A stretch of 64,000 nucleotides of DNA, from positions 1 to 64,000 of the IMG/VR virus record IMGVR_UViG_3300036826_000357; one strand, given 5' to 3'. The stretch comes from a virus. Position numbers and translations under genes: made by a program. Of the stretch, positions 37,855 to 47,667 are shown piece by piece; the first letter of the stretch is position 1, and each line of letters begins with the position of its first letter. The notes beneath the pieces are model-generated. The model made no database searches, was not told the DNA's origin, and saw nothing but the letters and a program-made list of their open reading frames with translations.

Positions 37855-38133
37855 TCACCCGCCAACGAACGGCCGCGAGAACAGAATCCGCTTCGCCGTG
37901 GGATCGAACTCGCGGATCTGATCCGGATGCTGACCCTGCTCGTCCGTCTCGAACGCCAGATGCTGCGCCTTCAGCATCGCGTCGAATAACTCGCCGGCCA
38001 CCCGGACACTCTCGGCGTCACCTTCCTGCCAGGACAGGCGCGCGTCCCCGCCGATCCACTCGACTTCGGGAAACTGCGCCACGACGGTGCGAGGGAAGCT
38101 CTGTGCCGTCCCGATAATATTGAACTGTCCCAT
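37855..38133 (-). CDS. Small protein with C-terminal Gly-Gly
   Basis: GAAGGAG RBS; GD...W...IREFDP...ILFSRPFVGG-stop. Confidence 0.75.
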   Translation of the reverse strand: MGQFNIIGTAQSFPRTVVAQFPEVEWIGGDARLSWQEGDAESVRVAGELFDAMLKAQHLAFETDEQGQHPDQIREFDPTAKRILFSRPFVGG

Positions 38134-38301
38134 CAGATCGACTCCTTCACCATGCGGTTCGATGTGATTGACGGAATCCCCTTCCCCCGGCCCGTTTCGG
38201 GGATCCCGTCACTGCTTCGTACACTGAGTGCCAGTTCCAATTGCACGACGCCGTGTGCGGCGCACGAACGCCGGCCGGTCCCCGGGGGTGCACCCATTCC
38301 G

Positions 38302-38321
38302 ATTTGACCACGTGGTCAAAT
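38302..38321. promoter_or_regulatory. Perfect 20-bp palindrome ATTTGACCACGTGGTCAAAT
   Basis: Identical to 22066-22085. Confidence 0.8.
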
Positions 38322-38546
38322 GCCTGTCGCGATCCCTGCCGCGCGCAGAAAGCCTGCCGCTAGCTGCCGGCAATGCTCCTTGGACAACGGACTCGTTGCC
38401 AGCCGCCGCGTCGGTAAGCCGGCTCCGCGTTGCACGATCACCAGCCGCGCCGGGAACACGCCATCCGGGGCGATGATTTCCACCTGCCGGCCATCCAGAT
38501 CGGTCAAGATCGTGATGTAGGTGTCGCCCGTCAGTGGATCGTTCAA
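38316..38546 (-). CDS. Hypothetical protein
   Basis: AAGGAGG RBS; TTGACA-17-TATCTG upstream. Confidence 0.55.
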   Translation of the reverse strand: MNDPLTGDTYITILTDLDGRQVEIIAPDGVFPARLVIVQRGAGLPTRRLATSPLSKEHCRQLAAGFLRAAGIATGI

Positions 38547-39292
38547 CGCTGCCTCCTTCCATACGAGTCCAGGTACAGATAATGCCGACTCTGCCTTTTG
38601 TCAACACCCGGGATGGTGGCTCTGTAAGTGCAGAGCAATCACCAGCCAATCCGCCCCCGCCGCCTGTTCCGCCTCGGTTCCAATCTCGCCGGCACTGAGC
38701 TTCCCGAGTGTGGCGACCGGGATCATCCGCGTGACGAGACGTTGCCAGCACAGCCGGCAGTACACCGTCGCATGCGGCGGCTCGTCGGTGACGATGATTT
38801 GGATCGGCAGCAGATCGTCGTTCTCAGCCATCTTCGGGCTTCTCCACCAGATCGAGGACTTCGCAGACAAGCTTGTAGGCTTTCCGCAGCCGCTCCAACA
38901 CGGCCTTGTTCCCAGCCTTCGCTGCCAGTCCCCGCGCCAGGACAATATCCGTTCCGGCGTGCGAGACGTAGCGCTCGATCGATTCCTCCTTCAGTACGTT
39001 CTTCATCGGTCCTGCTGCCGTTCCCATTCCATCCACGCCTCTGCTTCGCCGAGCTTCACGCCCCCGCACGTCTTGCAGGTATGCGGATTCTCACTCAGCG
39101 TCTTCGCCATGGACGGCGGGGAGCCGCATGTCGGGCAGTCGTCGCGATCGTCCCGGTACACAAAGCGGGGCTGCGGGCTGTGACCGAGTTTGGTCTCGAT
39201 CTTCACGAGCGTCCGCTCGATGCGATCGAAGGTCTCGTTGAGTCGCCGAATGCTCTGCTGGATTTGCTCCATGAGCCTGAATTCTTGTGGGG

Positions 39293-39532
39293 TCACTTGT
39301 TCTCCTCCTTCCCTGGTATCTGGCAGGCACACACCGTCCCGCCAGCCACCTGTCCGCGTGCATACTCCCGCTCGATGTCGCCATCGGCGTAGAGCGTCAC
39401 GTTCTCGCCGGCTGCACGTCCCTGGTTGCGATGCGACTGCCAGACGTACTCCCAGAAGCATCGCACAGCCGCATCGTGATCGGTCCCGGTGTGTACGGTC
39501 CCGATGTTGCCAACGACCACTTCGTAGGTCAT
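39293..39532 (-). CDS. Conserved phage hypothetical protein
   Basis: YEVVVGNIGTV...GRAAGENVTL..DGDI. Confidence 0.65.
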   Translation of the reverse strand: MTYEVVVGNIGTVHTGTDHDAAVRCFWEYVWQSHRNQGRAAGENVTLYADGDIEREYARGQVAGGTVCACQIPGKEENK

Positions 39533-39634
39533 CCGCCAAGCCCTCTCATCGCGGGTTCAGGTCGTCGCGATCCGCGAGTGCGACCAGTCCAACCACCGCG
39601 AGCGTACCGCCCACGGCAATCATGCCAAGTATCG

Positions 39635-39904
39635 TCAAGGCTTGTCCTCCTTTCGTTGCTCAGTGTTCCGCCGCAACGCGAGTGCCAGGTTCCGGAACAC
39701 GGCGTGTGCCTCGGAATGGAAATCCCGCTGCGCTTGCCTCGCCAGATTCAGCAATGCGATCGGAAGTCCCGGCCCCTCGTACTCTCCGGAGACAACGCCC
39801 CGGAGATACTGAATCAGGCTCCAGCGCGATGCCTGGTCGAGCTTGCCCGCAGCTTCGAGCAAGCCGGCAAACTGCGCTGGAGTCATGGATGGAATCAGTG
39901 TCAT
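39635..39904 (-). CDS. Hypothetical protein
   Basis: Follows hairpin 39927-39956. Confidence 0.55.
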   Translation of the reverse strand: MTLIPSMTPAQFAGLLEAAGKLDQASRWSLIQYLRGVVSGEYEGPGLPIALLNLARQAQRDFHSEAHAVFRNLALALRRNTEQRKEDKP

Positions 39905-39970
39905 AGGTTGGTGATCGGTCCTTTCTGCCCCCGGAGGGGGAATCCCCCGGGGGCGGTTATGGGTTGGTGG

Positions 39971-41077
39971 TTAGTCAACGAGTTCCCCGTCGACATCCTC
40001 GGCCTTGCCGAGCGTGCCGTCCACGATCTGACCGGCCATCCGCTCAAGCTCCAGCCGGCGAACCGGCGTGACCGTCTTCGCCTGCGCGATCCAACTCAGC
40101 GCGTTACTCGCGCGCCATGTCGTCTCGCCTTCAGGCAGGTTCACGATGTCCGGCCCGTTGAAGGCATCCTCTGCCTGCCGGTACTCCTCCTTCGAGAGCA
40201 GCGTCTTCAGATGCGCCAGGCCCTTGAACGTGATCCCGGAGTCTGCCGCCTTCTTGATGCGCGCGACGATGCTGTCTCGCCGCTCCTGACTGAAGACCGC
40301 CTTGACGGCATCGAACGTGGCCGACTTGGTGGTCTCATGGTCCAGCCGGTAGGTCTCCGCCGAGAACACGATGTCCTCGGTGAGCTTCCGGCCCAGATGC
40401 ACCTGGCCGAACACGTCCTCGGTGGTCATGCCGTTCAGACACACCAACCGCTCGAAGAACGCGCGGATGCTGTTCTTCCCGTCGCCGAATTCGCTGTTGC
40501 TCCACTCGGCTCCGAACACGCCCCACTCGCCAGGGAGTAGCTCGATCACGTCACTGCCGATGGCGCGCAGCGACACGCGGGTCTCGGTCACGAGCCCACC
40601 GTAGGGCTGGGCACCGACCGCCTGCATCGCGTTGACCACCGCGTCGAGCAGTGGCCGCGAGTCGATGCGGCGGAACTTGTCGGACAGCACGCCGAGCGCC
40701 TGCCCGTTCACGCGCCGAACCAGGTAGCTCGACGGTGAGTGATGATAGGTCTCGTTGAGGATGTGGATGAGGAGTTCACGCTGCCATGCGGCACCGTCGA
40801 AGAGCTTGCCGGCATACCGGCCGTCCACGCCACCCTTCTGGAACACCTGTGTCCGCGCGTGCGGATGCAGCGGCGCAAGGAAATCCTGCGGGCCGCGTAG
40901 CACCAACTCGCGCGTCGTCTCGTCTGCCGTGCCGTACTGCATGGCGCGACCGGCGATGAGGGAGTCCTGAATCATGCGCTGCCCCGTGGCCTCGATCACA
41001 GCCTGCGAATTCCGGAGGCGCTGATCGATGGTCGCACGAAGCTTCGCTTCTGCTTCCCTTCCATTGGTAATGTTCAT
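39971..41077 (-). CDS. DUF932-family protein
   Basis: GVLSDKFRRID...NSEFGDG...ERLVCLNGM...HLG...WRASNALS. Confidence 0.8.
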   Translation of the reverse strand: MNITNGREAEAKLRATIDQRLRNSQAVIEATGQRMIQDSLIAGRAMQYGTADETTRELVLRGPQDFLAPLHPHARTQVFQKGGVDGRYAGKLFDGAAWQRELLIHILNETYHHSPSSYLVRRVNGQALGVLSDKFRRIDSRPLLDAVVNAMQAVGAQPYGGLVTETRVSLRAIGSDVIELLPGEWGVFGAEWSNSEFGDGKNSIRAFFERLVCLNGMTTEDVFGQVHLGRKLTEDIVFSAETYRLDHETTKSATFDAVKAVFSQERRDSIVARIKKAADSGITFKGLAHLKTLLSKEEYRQAEDAFNGPDIVNLPEGETTWRASNALSWIAQAKTVTPVRRLELERMAGQIVDGTLGKAEDVDGELVD

Positions 41078-41369
41078 TGCTTGTCTCTTTCTCTTCTTTC
41101 CGCCCACTCGGGGGCCTGTTTGATGATGTGAATCTGGGTCCGGTTGTGGTCTTTGTCAAGGGTCTGGTCTCGTCTCACTTTCCGCTCCGGGGAGGGTCGC
41201 TCCCCGGAGCTTTCGGTTGTCCGTTACCCGAACAGGAGCCAGTCGATGGCGGGGATCAGTGTCGGGGCCATGCAGGCCATTGCCGCGACGAGCGCGAGCC
41301 CAGCGGCCATCGTGTCACTGAACGCCTTCCCATCCTTCTCCCATGCGGGAGTCTTCGTTGGACGTGCCA

Positions 41370-41576
41370 TTAGCTGACTACCTCCGTAGTAGTAACCTCG
41401 GTCGGGTGATGCTCGAACACTGCATTGAGCACCGGCACCTTCGCGATCAGCGTCCCGGCCAGGATCACCGGCAGAACGCGCATCGTCGCTTCGGCAGCGA
41501 CCAGGATGAGAAACTCCGCGAACCGATCACGGGCTTTCTCATGCTTCTTCGGAACGTGATGCCGCACCTTACTCAT
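41370..41576 (-). CDS. Small membrane-associated hypothetical protein
   Basis: MSKVRHHV...; downstream of TTGACA-16-TACAAT. Confidence 0.5.
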   Translation of the reverse strand: MSKVRHHVPKKHEKARDRFAEFLILVAAEATMRVLPVILAGTLIAKVPVLNAVFEHHPTEVTTTEVVS

Positions 41577-41738
41577 TGAACCTACTGTACCTTTCTTTTT
41601 GGCATGCGATTGGAGCCGCATGCGGGGGTTGGATTTCGGTCGGTTCCAGCCTCTCGGTTGTTGTCCCTGTCTCGTCCTCCTTTCCTTTCTCTCTGACCCC
41701 ATTGTAAGGCGGGTCGATTCTTTGTCAAGGCCACCGAA

Positions 41739-41925
41739 CTATCGAACGTTGCTGGCCTTTTGCGGCTCACACGCCGCGCGGAAGCGTACCTCATCGAAAC
41801 GTGGTCCGAACTTCCCGGAAGAGCGCACAGTACGCCTCCATGGCCAGGTCCGCGTGCGTGCGGTCAGTAACGGTGTGGTACCAGCGGACTTGCTCCGCCG
41901 CCCACTCGAAGTGTTGCTTTGTCAT
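41739..41925 (-). pseudogene. Frameshifted small phage gene (MTKQHFE...PRFDEVRFRAAC)
   Basis: In-frame stop at 41791; removing one G at about 41815 gives a 61-aa ORF. Confidence 0.45.
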
Positions 41926-42049
41926 ACCCCTAATCTAGTCACCTTCTGTCCTTTGTCAAGGACGCTGTTTTTCCCCTGACTTTCCGCCAGGTTGACCCGA
42001 AGTTAAGGCCCCCTTGACGAAAGTCAACCCCGCCTTACCATGGGGAGCC

Positions 42050-42238
42050 ATGACAAAGAATCAACGGAGCACCGCGATCGAGGTACTCGGAGAAGCCGAG
42101 CGATTACGGGTACTTGTGGCCAAGCTCCTGGCCGCGCCAACCGTCGTCACGCCCACCGCACTAGCCTGTGCGCGCGGGATCGTGGCCCGGCTCGAAGCCC
42201 TGGACCAGGCCAATTCCTCAACGAAGTCGCGAGCTTAA
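42050..42238 (+). CDS. Small early protein
   Basis: ATG just after the -10 box. Confidence 0.55.
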   Translation: MTKNQRSTAIEVLGEAERLRVLVAKLLAAPTVVTPTALACARGIVARLEALDQANSSTKSRA

Positions 42239-42435
42239 AGTGGGTATTGACAAAGGACGATGGGTGCTTACATTAAGGCCATGACAAAGAGTGACCCAGA
42301 AGGAGGCTGTGCGATGTTCGACTTTGGCGCGGCGGGCTACATCGTGATGGAAGCTCTCGAAGCCTACTTGATACGTTTCCGCGCTGGGACCGAGACAATC
42401 GTGTTCATGGACCCATGGATGGAAGGTGCACACCG

Positions 42436-42873
42436 ATGAAGAAGGAGGCTGCGATGACGCTGTGCAGAATTTGCCAAGAGCATCCCGCATTCGACAACAC
42501 GGGCGTATGCCGGTGGGAATCGTGCGAGCGTGAAGCTCAGAAGGTAGCCATAAAGCTCGATGACGCGATCAAGAGCTTCAGGAAGGCGCAGCACGACTAC
42601 GCCGACTACGGCGCGGGCGATACTGAGCCCGACACCGAATTCGAGCACAGTCTCATGCGCGCGTACCACGGGACGGAAGATGTCCCGACAACGGCGGATG
42701 CCTGGCAACTCTACCACGAGATGAAGTGCGGCCGGGCCGCGAAGGCACTGAGTAGTGCCACACGTCGCTGCGTGCGACTCATCCTGAAGGCTCCGATGAA
42801 GGACCGCGCCGCGATCCGGAAGACTCTCGAAGCGAACTTGTGGCGACTCACCGACAGCCTGAGGGACCGATGA
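42436..42873 (+). CDS. Hypothetical protein
   Basis: CRIC...C...C; DYGAGDTEPD. Confidence 0.65.
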   Translation: MKKEAAMTLCRICQEHPAFDNTGVCRWESCEREAQKVAIKLDDAIKSFRKAQHDYADYGAGDTEPDTEFEHSLMRAYHGTEDVPTTADAWQLYHEMKCGRAAKALSSATRRCVRLILKAPMKDRAAIRKTLEANLWRLTDSLRDR

Positions 42874-43249
42874 CCGAACGATTCGAGGACTGGTTCGAGC
42901 GTATCTCGAAGCTCTCGCCGACACGCGAGTTCCATTGCGTGATCTGCAAGACGCGACTGCTCGCCAAGCAGACCTGCTTCGATGAGAAGGCGCGACCATT
43001 CTGCAACGACCACATCGGGCTGCTGCCCGGAAAGGAAAATCGATGACCTACGAGGACGGCCGCATCCGCGTAATCCGCCCGTCTGACCGCTCCGTGTACT
43101 TCGCGAAGCGTGTCACGGCTCGCGCTCCACATCGGTGTTCGTTCCTGTCACCGCGTGATTCCGACACGGGAGACCTACGGACGGACCCGACACTTCCACT
43201 CGTCGCGCACCGCCGACTACCGCGTGTGCCGCGACCATTGGGTGACTGA

Positions 43250-43543
43250 ATGAAAACCCGCATCGCCGCTCGCATCAACTGGCTGGTCGATGCGGAGACC
43301 CGCGAAGTCTACGCCACCACCAGCACCGCGCCGGCTGAGAACGCGCCGACCATGTGCTGGCGCTGCGGCGGGAACGGCTTCGCGGACCATGGCAACCGCC
43401 GCGCCGTGTACTTCTCCGTTCGAGACCGCAACTCGAAATGGAAAAACCTGTCGACACACGTCATACATCTTGGCTGCGTGCCGACGCGTGATTATACTAC
43501 CAAAGGAATCCCCGCACGAAAGGCGGGGGGAAGGAGAATTTGA
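43250..43543 (+). CDS. Hypothetical Zn-binding protein
   Basis: CWRCG...HLGC. Confidence 0.55.
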   Translation: MKTRIAARINWLVDAETREVYATTSTAPAENAPTMCWRCGGNGFADHGNRRAVYFSVRDRNSKWKNLSTHVIHLGCVPTRDYTTKGIPARKAGGRRI

Positions 43544-43547
43544 ATTC

Positions 43548-44078
43548 ATGTCCAACGACAACGACTACAATTACCCGGAGCTTCGACAAGTGTTCCGGGA
43601 GGAAGCCTGGAAGCTCGCGCAACTACTGCACGAGTACACTGCCAGCTTTGACGAGGGATCGACCGACTCGACTCTGCGCCTGAACAATCGCCTGCGCTAC
43701 TACCGCATCGAAGCCCGCTGGATCCGTCACCCGGGTCTGGTCAAGCTCATCGGAGCCGGCCGTCCGAAGACCCTCACCTACAAGCTCGCGAACTTCGCGG
43801 AGAAGATCGCCAAGCGCATCACCGTGATTGCGCTGAAGCGCCGGCAGGAAGACCTGGCTCGCGCGGCACAGCATGCCGAGTACGAGGCACTCGAACGGAC
43901 CTGGAAGGATGCCTTCGGACCACTGCTCCGCGTCGTAGACGAGGATGAGCGCCTGTACCTCGGCTCCGAAGCGAAGGATGGCGATGTGTTCCTCAGCCTG
44001 CGCAACCTGACCTACGAGGAGGCGAAGAGCGTCATCACCATGATCCACAAACCAAAGGAGGATACACATGGAGCGTAA
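43548..44078 (+). CDS. Hypothetical protein
   Basis: AAGGAG RBS; MSNDNDY... Confidence 0.65.
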   Translation: MSNDNDYNYPELRQVFREEAWKLAQLLHEYTASFDEGSTDSTLRLNNRLRYYRIEARWIRHPGLVKLIGAGRPKTLTYKLANFAEKIAKRITVIALKRRQEDLARAAQHAEYEALERTWKDAFGPLLRVVDEDERLYLGSEAKDGDVFLSLRNLTYEEAKSVITMIHKPKEDTHGA

Positions 44079-44331
44079 ACGGCCCGAACAGATCGTCGGC
44101 GAGCGGCTCGCGAAGATCATCTTCGACCGGCGCAGCCGCAAGCAGCGCAACGTCGAGATTCACATCACCGAGCGCGACCTGGCTGCAATCCTGGCCGAAG
44201 CATTCGCCATGGGACTGGTCCAGGCAGAGCCGCCAACTCGACCGGAGCCGACCGATCATCCGACCTGCTGCGACTTCCATGCCGGGGGCGGCGCGCTGTC
44301 TCATCCGCATGGGTCGGGACTGAACGTATGA
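44068..44331 (+). CDS. Hypothetical protein
   Basis: AAGGAGG RBS. Confidence 0.6.
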   Translation: MERKRPEQIVGERLAKIIFDRRSRKQRNVEIHITERDLAAILAEAFAMGLVQAEPPTRPEPTDHPTCCDFHAGGGALSHPHGSGLNV

Positions 44332-44440
44332 CACGACGACTCAACCTGAAGACACTGCTCCGCGACCCTGTGTTGCGCGCAGACATCATCGCCGCCGCCG
44401 TCGCGTTCATCGTCGCGGTCGAAGCCGGGGAGCGTGCTCG

Positions 44441-44650
44441 ATGACCCGCTTCTCGAAAGCCGTCCTGAAAGACGGCAAGCTCGTGGAAACGGACGTGCGC
44501 GAAATCGCACAGTCCGATCTACTCGCCTGCCCACACACGATCCTCATGGCCGAGCACTACCGACCGGACGGCTCGTGCCGTTGCAACGACCCGGAGCACA
44601 CCATCATGCGCGAGTGGGGATACCGCTGGAAGGATGGAGCCTGGTCTTGA
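44441..44650 (+). CDS. Small Cys/His protein
   Basis: CPH.I...HYRPDGSCRC. Confidence 0.6.
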   Translation: MTRFSKAVLKDGKLVETDVREIAQSDLLACPHTILMAEHYRPDGSCRCNDPEHTIMREWGYRWKDGAWS

Positions 44651-44814
44651 CAAAAACACATCCACTCCTTACCTTACCCGACATGAACACTCCGAATGGA
44701 TACACCAAGTTCCCGCTGGGGAAGGTGGTCATCTGCGAAAGGCTGATGAGGACACCGCGCAGCAGTCCGGGTACATGACGCGCTGGCAAAGCTGACCCTC
44801 AGGAGGACCACGCG

Positions 44815-45138
44815 ATGGCACAGCACTATAGCGACCCGAAACGCGAAAGCGATCCACACGCATTGCCGGATATTGAAGTCTGGCACCATTCTTGTGGATT
44901 CGATGCCAGCATGCCAGCGGGAATGGATGAAGCGGACTGTGAGTATCGGTCAGGCTGGTACTGGTGGTCCTGCTTCCCTGGATGCCTGCCCGATGGCGAG
45001 CCTAGCGGGCCGTTCGAGACAGAGGCAGATGCATTGGCGGATGCGCGGGACGGATTATGCGATGACCTGCACTGCCGGGCTTGTTGCCCCATTTGTAAGA
45101 GTGGTGAATTGTACGAAGAAGAAGGAGAGACGCGATGA
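44815..45138 (+). CDS. Conserved phage hypothetical protein
   Basis: GWYWWSCFPGCLPDGEPSGPFETEADA. Confidence 0.7.
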   Translation: MAQHYSDPKRESDPHALPDIEVWHHSCGFDASMPAGMDEADCEYRSGWYWWSCFPGCLPDGEPSGPFETEADALADARDGLCDDLHCRACCPICKSGELYEEEGETR

Positions 45139-45182
45139 CCACGGCGAATGCCGAAAGAAAACTCACCGAGTGGAGGATCTAA

Positions 45183-45443
45183 ATGGACGAGCACACCATC
45201 ACTGTCGACGTAACGGTCGCCGGCATCTTGGACCGCGAACTCGACTACCTTGTGGGAGCGCTGACGCCCCGGCACGCCGCCATCAGTATCGGGCCTGTCC
45301 GGGGCATCGAGCGCGACCTGAACATCCGCATGACCATCGAGGGACAGCATGCACTGGTCTACGCGGTTCGCGAAGTCGATGCGATCCTGCGCGACATGGG
45401 CGTCTGGCACCAGTTCACGCGCGCGGAAGAATTGGTCGAATAA
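45183..45443 (+). CDS. Hypothetical protein
   Basis: GGAGGA RBS; TAATG coupling. Confidence 0.6.
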   Translation: MDEHTITVDVTVAGILDRELDYLVGALTPRHAAISIGPVRGIERDLNIRMTIEGQHALVYAVREVDAILRDMGVWHQFTRAEELVE

Positions 45444-45853
45444 TGTTCCCATCCCTCACCAACTGCCGCATCCGCATCTACTGGAACATCCGGAAGAAGT
45501 GCTACTCGATGCTCAACCCGGAGACCGGCCGCGTCATCGGACACGCGTCCAACGTCTACCTGCGTGACGCACGCTTCATCGTCAATGCCGCCGGCCGGGA
45601 TCGCGTCCGCAGCGAGCGCCGGAAGAATGTCCACGCTTTCGTAGACGGCCGGCTCACCGAGCCGCCTCTCACCGCCCTGGAACGATTCATGCCGATCCGC
45701 GTGAACTACAATCCATACCGTGACGACGGCTTCGTAGCCAACCCGGTCGATGCACCATGGTTCCCCAACCACACCGTCACCGACGCATGGCACGTCGCCG
45801 GCATCACCGACCGACGCGGCCGACCCGTGATTCGAGCGGGAGGCATCATATGA
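45443..45853 (+). CDS. Conserved phage hypothetical protein
   Basis: IYWN..KKCYS...GRVIGH...F.V..AGR.RV..E.RKNVHAFVDG...YNPY. Confidence 0.75.
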   Translation: MFPSLTNCRIRIYWNIRKKCYSMLNPETGRVIGHASNVYLRDARFIVNAAGRDRVRSERRKNVHAFVDGRLTEPPLTALERFMPIRVNYNPYRDDGFVANPVDAPWFPNHTVTDAWHVAGITDRRGRPVIRAGGII

Positions 45854-46095
45854 AGGAGGAAACTGAAACCATGTCTGACAACGTTTGGACTACACCACCC
45901 GAGTCGGAGACTGGACCGCCGGTCTACCCGACAGACGGCTTCATGTTCCGCCCGCTGAGTGACGACGAGGCAGAAACCTTCGCCGCACATGCGCGCGAGC
46001 ATGGCCCCGAGAAACCCGACTGGCGTCTGTACCATCCGGTCTGCCGCCGCGAACGCGGGTATCGTCCCGCAGAAAGTGAGAAGAATCATGCCTGA
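45850..46095 (+). CDS. Hypothetical protein
   Basis: MFRPLSDDEAETF...YHPVC. Confidence 0.55.
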   Translation: MKEETETMSDNVWTTPPESETGPPVYPTDGFMFRPLSDDEAETFAAHAREHGPEKPDWRLYHPVCRRERGYRPAESEKNHA

Positions 46096-46248
46096 GAAAG
46101 GAACACACCTGGAGAAAGCACCGACCATCCGCCCGTGCGGCTGCACACATCCCGCACAGGACAAGTGGTATGGAGCCGGCAAGCGCGTCCACAATCCGAC
46201 TGCGGAAGGATGGCGTTGTACGGTCTGCGCCACGGAGAAGAAGGTCAC

Positions 46249-46500
46249 ATGACCAAAGGACCAATCGCAAAAAAGTCCATGGCGGAATTCCGCCGCGAGC
46301 TTCAGGAAGAGGAGGACAAGAAACAGCGACGCATCCGTGCACTCAATGAAATGATCGAGCACGAAGCGAACAAGCTCAAGAGTATCTGCGAGAACATCGC
46401 GGCGTGTCCACCGGGACTCTGGTGCCGCGACGACTTCCGCAACACCGCTCGCCGGCTCAACGCGCAACTCCTGCTTCGAGACAGCGAGGGACTAGAATGA
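46249..46500 (+). CDS. Hypothetical protein
   Basis: ATGA coupling. Confidence 0.5.
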   Translation: MTKGPIAKKSMAEFRRELQEEEDKKQRRIRALNEMIEHEANKLKSICENIAACPPGLWCRDDFRNTARRLNAQLLLRDSEGLE

Positions 46501-46910
46501 CCGACACCGAATACATCGCGCAACTCGAAGTCATTATCGATGATGCCCTCGAACTCGCAGCCGGCTACACCGATGTCGATTGCGTCGGCGATCCGCCCCG
46601 GTTCGTTCCCAACAAATGGATGCAGTGGTCAATCAACGCGCGTGCGACGCTGGGAACACCCGCACTGGAGCCGTCTCTGCTCGAACACACCACCGAGATA
46701 CTCGAAGCGCATCGAGCCGGTGACTGCAAAGGCCCCCGCTGCCCGCTGCACAAGCGGACCGACCATCACATGCGTGACTGGCCACAACACTGGCGCGGGG
46801 ATCGCCACATCATGGAGCGCATCTGTCCACACGGCTGCGGTCACCCCGATCCAGACGATATCCTGGCCCCAGATACCGTTCATGGCTGTGATGGATGCTG
46901 CAAGACATGA
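46497..46910 (+). CDS. Cys/His-rich metal-binding protein
   Basis: CPLH...HHM..WP...MERICPHGCGHPDPDD...HGCDGCC. Confidence 0.7.
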   Translation: MTDTEYIAQLEVIIDDALELAAGYTDVDCVGDPPRFVPNKWMQWSINARATLGTPALEPSLLEHTTEILEAHRAGDCKGPRCPLHKRTDHHMRDWPQHWRGDRHIMERICPHGCGHPDPDDILAPDTVHGCDGCCKT

Positions 46911-47149
46911 TCGCGTTCTGGATTGCCGGCTGGTTTACGCCGTTCTGGATTGCCGGCTGGTTGTTTACGCTTGGCATTGTCGAGGCACACGAACCCCCAG
47001 AGGACAAGATAGCGAAGGGAAGATGGGGCTTCTGGGTATTCACAGCGCTATTCTTGTTTTCGCTCTGGCCGTTTGTGCTTGGACAAGGGTTCGGCGAAGC
47101 GAAGTTCAGCCGGACACGGAAGGAGCGCGATGAAATCCTGCCTGGTTAA
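46907..47149 (+). CDS. Small membrane protein with 27-bp internal duplication
   Basis: FWIAGWFTP FWIAGWLFT. Confidence 0.55.
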   Translation: MIAFWIAGWFTPFWIAGWLFTLGIVEAHEPPEDKIAKGRWGFWVFTALFLFSLWPFVLGQGFGEAKFSRTRKERDEILPG

Positions 47150-47495
47150 TGCCGTCGTGCTCTGCCTGCTGACTGCCGCACTGCTACTCGCCGGCTGTAG
47201 CCCACACCGGATCCCCCTGCAACCACTCGATGGACAATCCGTCGAGCAAATGCACCGGGATGCCGACTACTGCACCGATGTCGCTTCGGTCTATCCACCC
47301 GGCTGGGCAAAGAGCGCTGCCGATGTCATCACCCTTGGGACACTCGGGACCAGCGTGGGACTCGGCGCGGCCGGCGATGCACGCGCTCTCGGAGTCGGCG
47401 TGGCCGGACTTGGCATGGAGTTGACCAGCGACTCCACACCCGCGAATCGCGAAAGCGTCTACCTCCACTGTATGCATGAAAAGGGCTACGAATGA
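47130..47495 (+). CDS. Lipoprotein (glycine-zipper-like)
   Basis: LLAG-C lipobox; D...C ... Y..CM..KGY. Confidence 0.7.
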   Translation: MKSCLVNAVVLCLLTAALLLAGCSPHRIPLQPLDGQSVEQMHRDADYCTDVASVYPPGWAKSAADVITLGTLGTSVGLGAAGDARALGVGVAGLGMELTSDSTPANRESVYLHCMHEKGYE

Positions 47496-47667
47496 GGCTG
47501 AACGATGATGCGAGACCTGTACGACATCTGGGTAGAGCTTGCGCTGAATGAACGCATCCGCCGCGAGTGGCTGGTGAGCGTGTTTCAGTCTGAGGAATCG
47601 GCACCGCGCATCCGGCGCTGTCTCGGATGCGGGAAGCCCCTCGCCGAAGATCCAACGGAGCACGGCG

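Larger units (their letters stand above)
41701..42281. promoter_or_regulatory. Divergent early promoter cluster
   Basis: Minus: TTGACA-16-TACAAT (41701-41728), TTGACA-16-TAGATT (41932-41959); plus: TTGACG-16-TACCAT (42014-42041), TTGACA-16-TACATT (42247-42274). Confidence 0.75.

Noticed and set aside
39287-40540. Long plus-strand ORFs antisense to real genes (also 7184-8128, 27438-28232, 34547-35236)
   Set aside because: Shadow frames of high-GC coding sequence; no motifs or RBS
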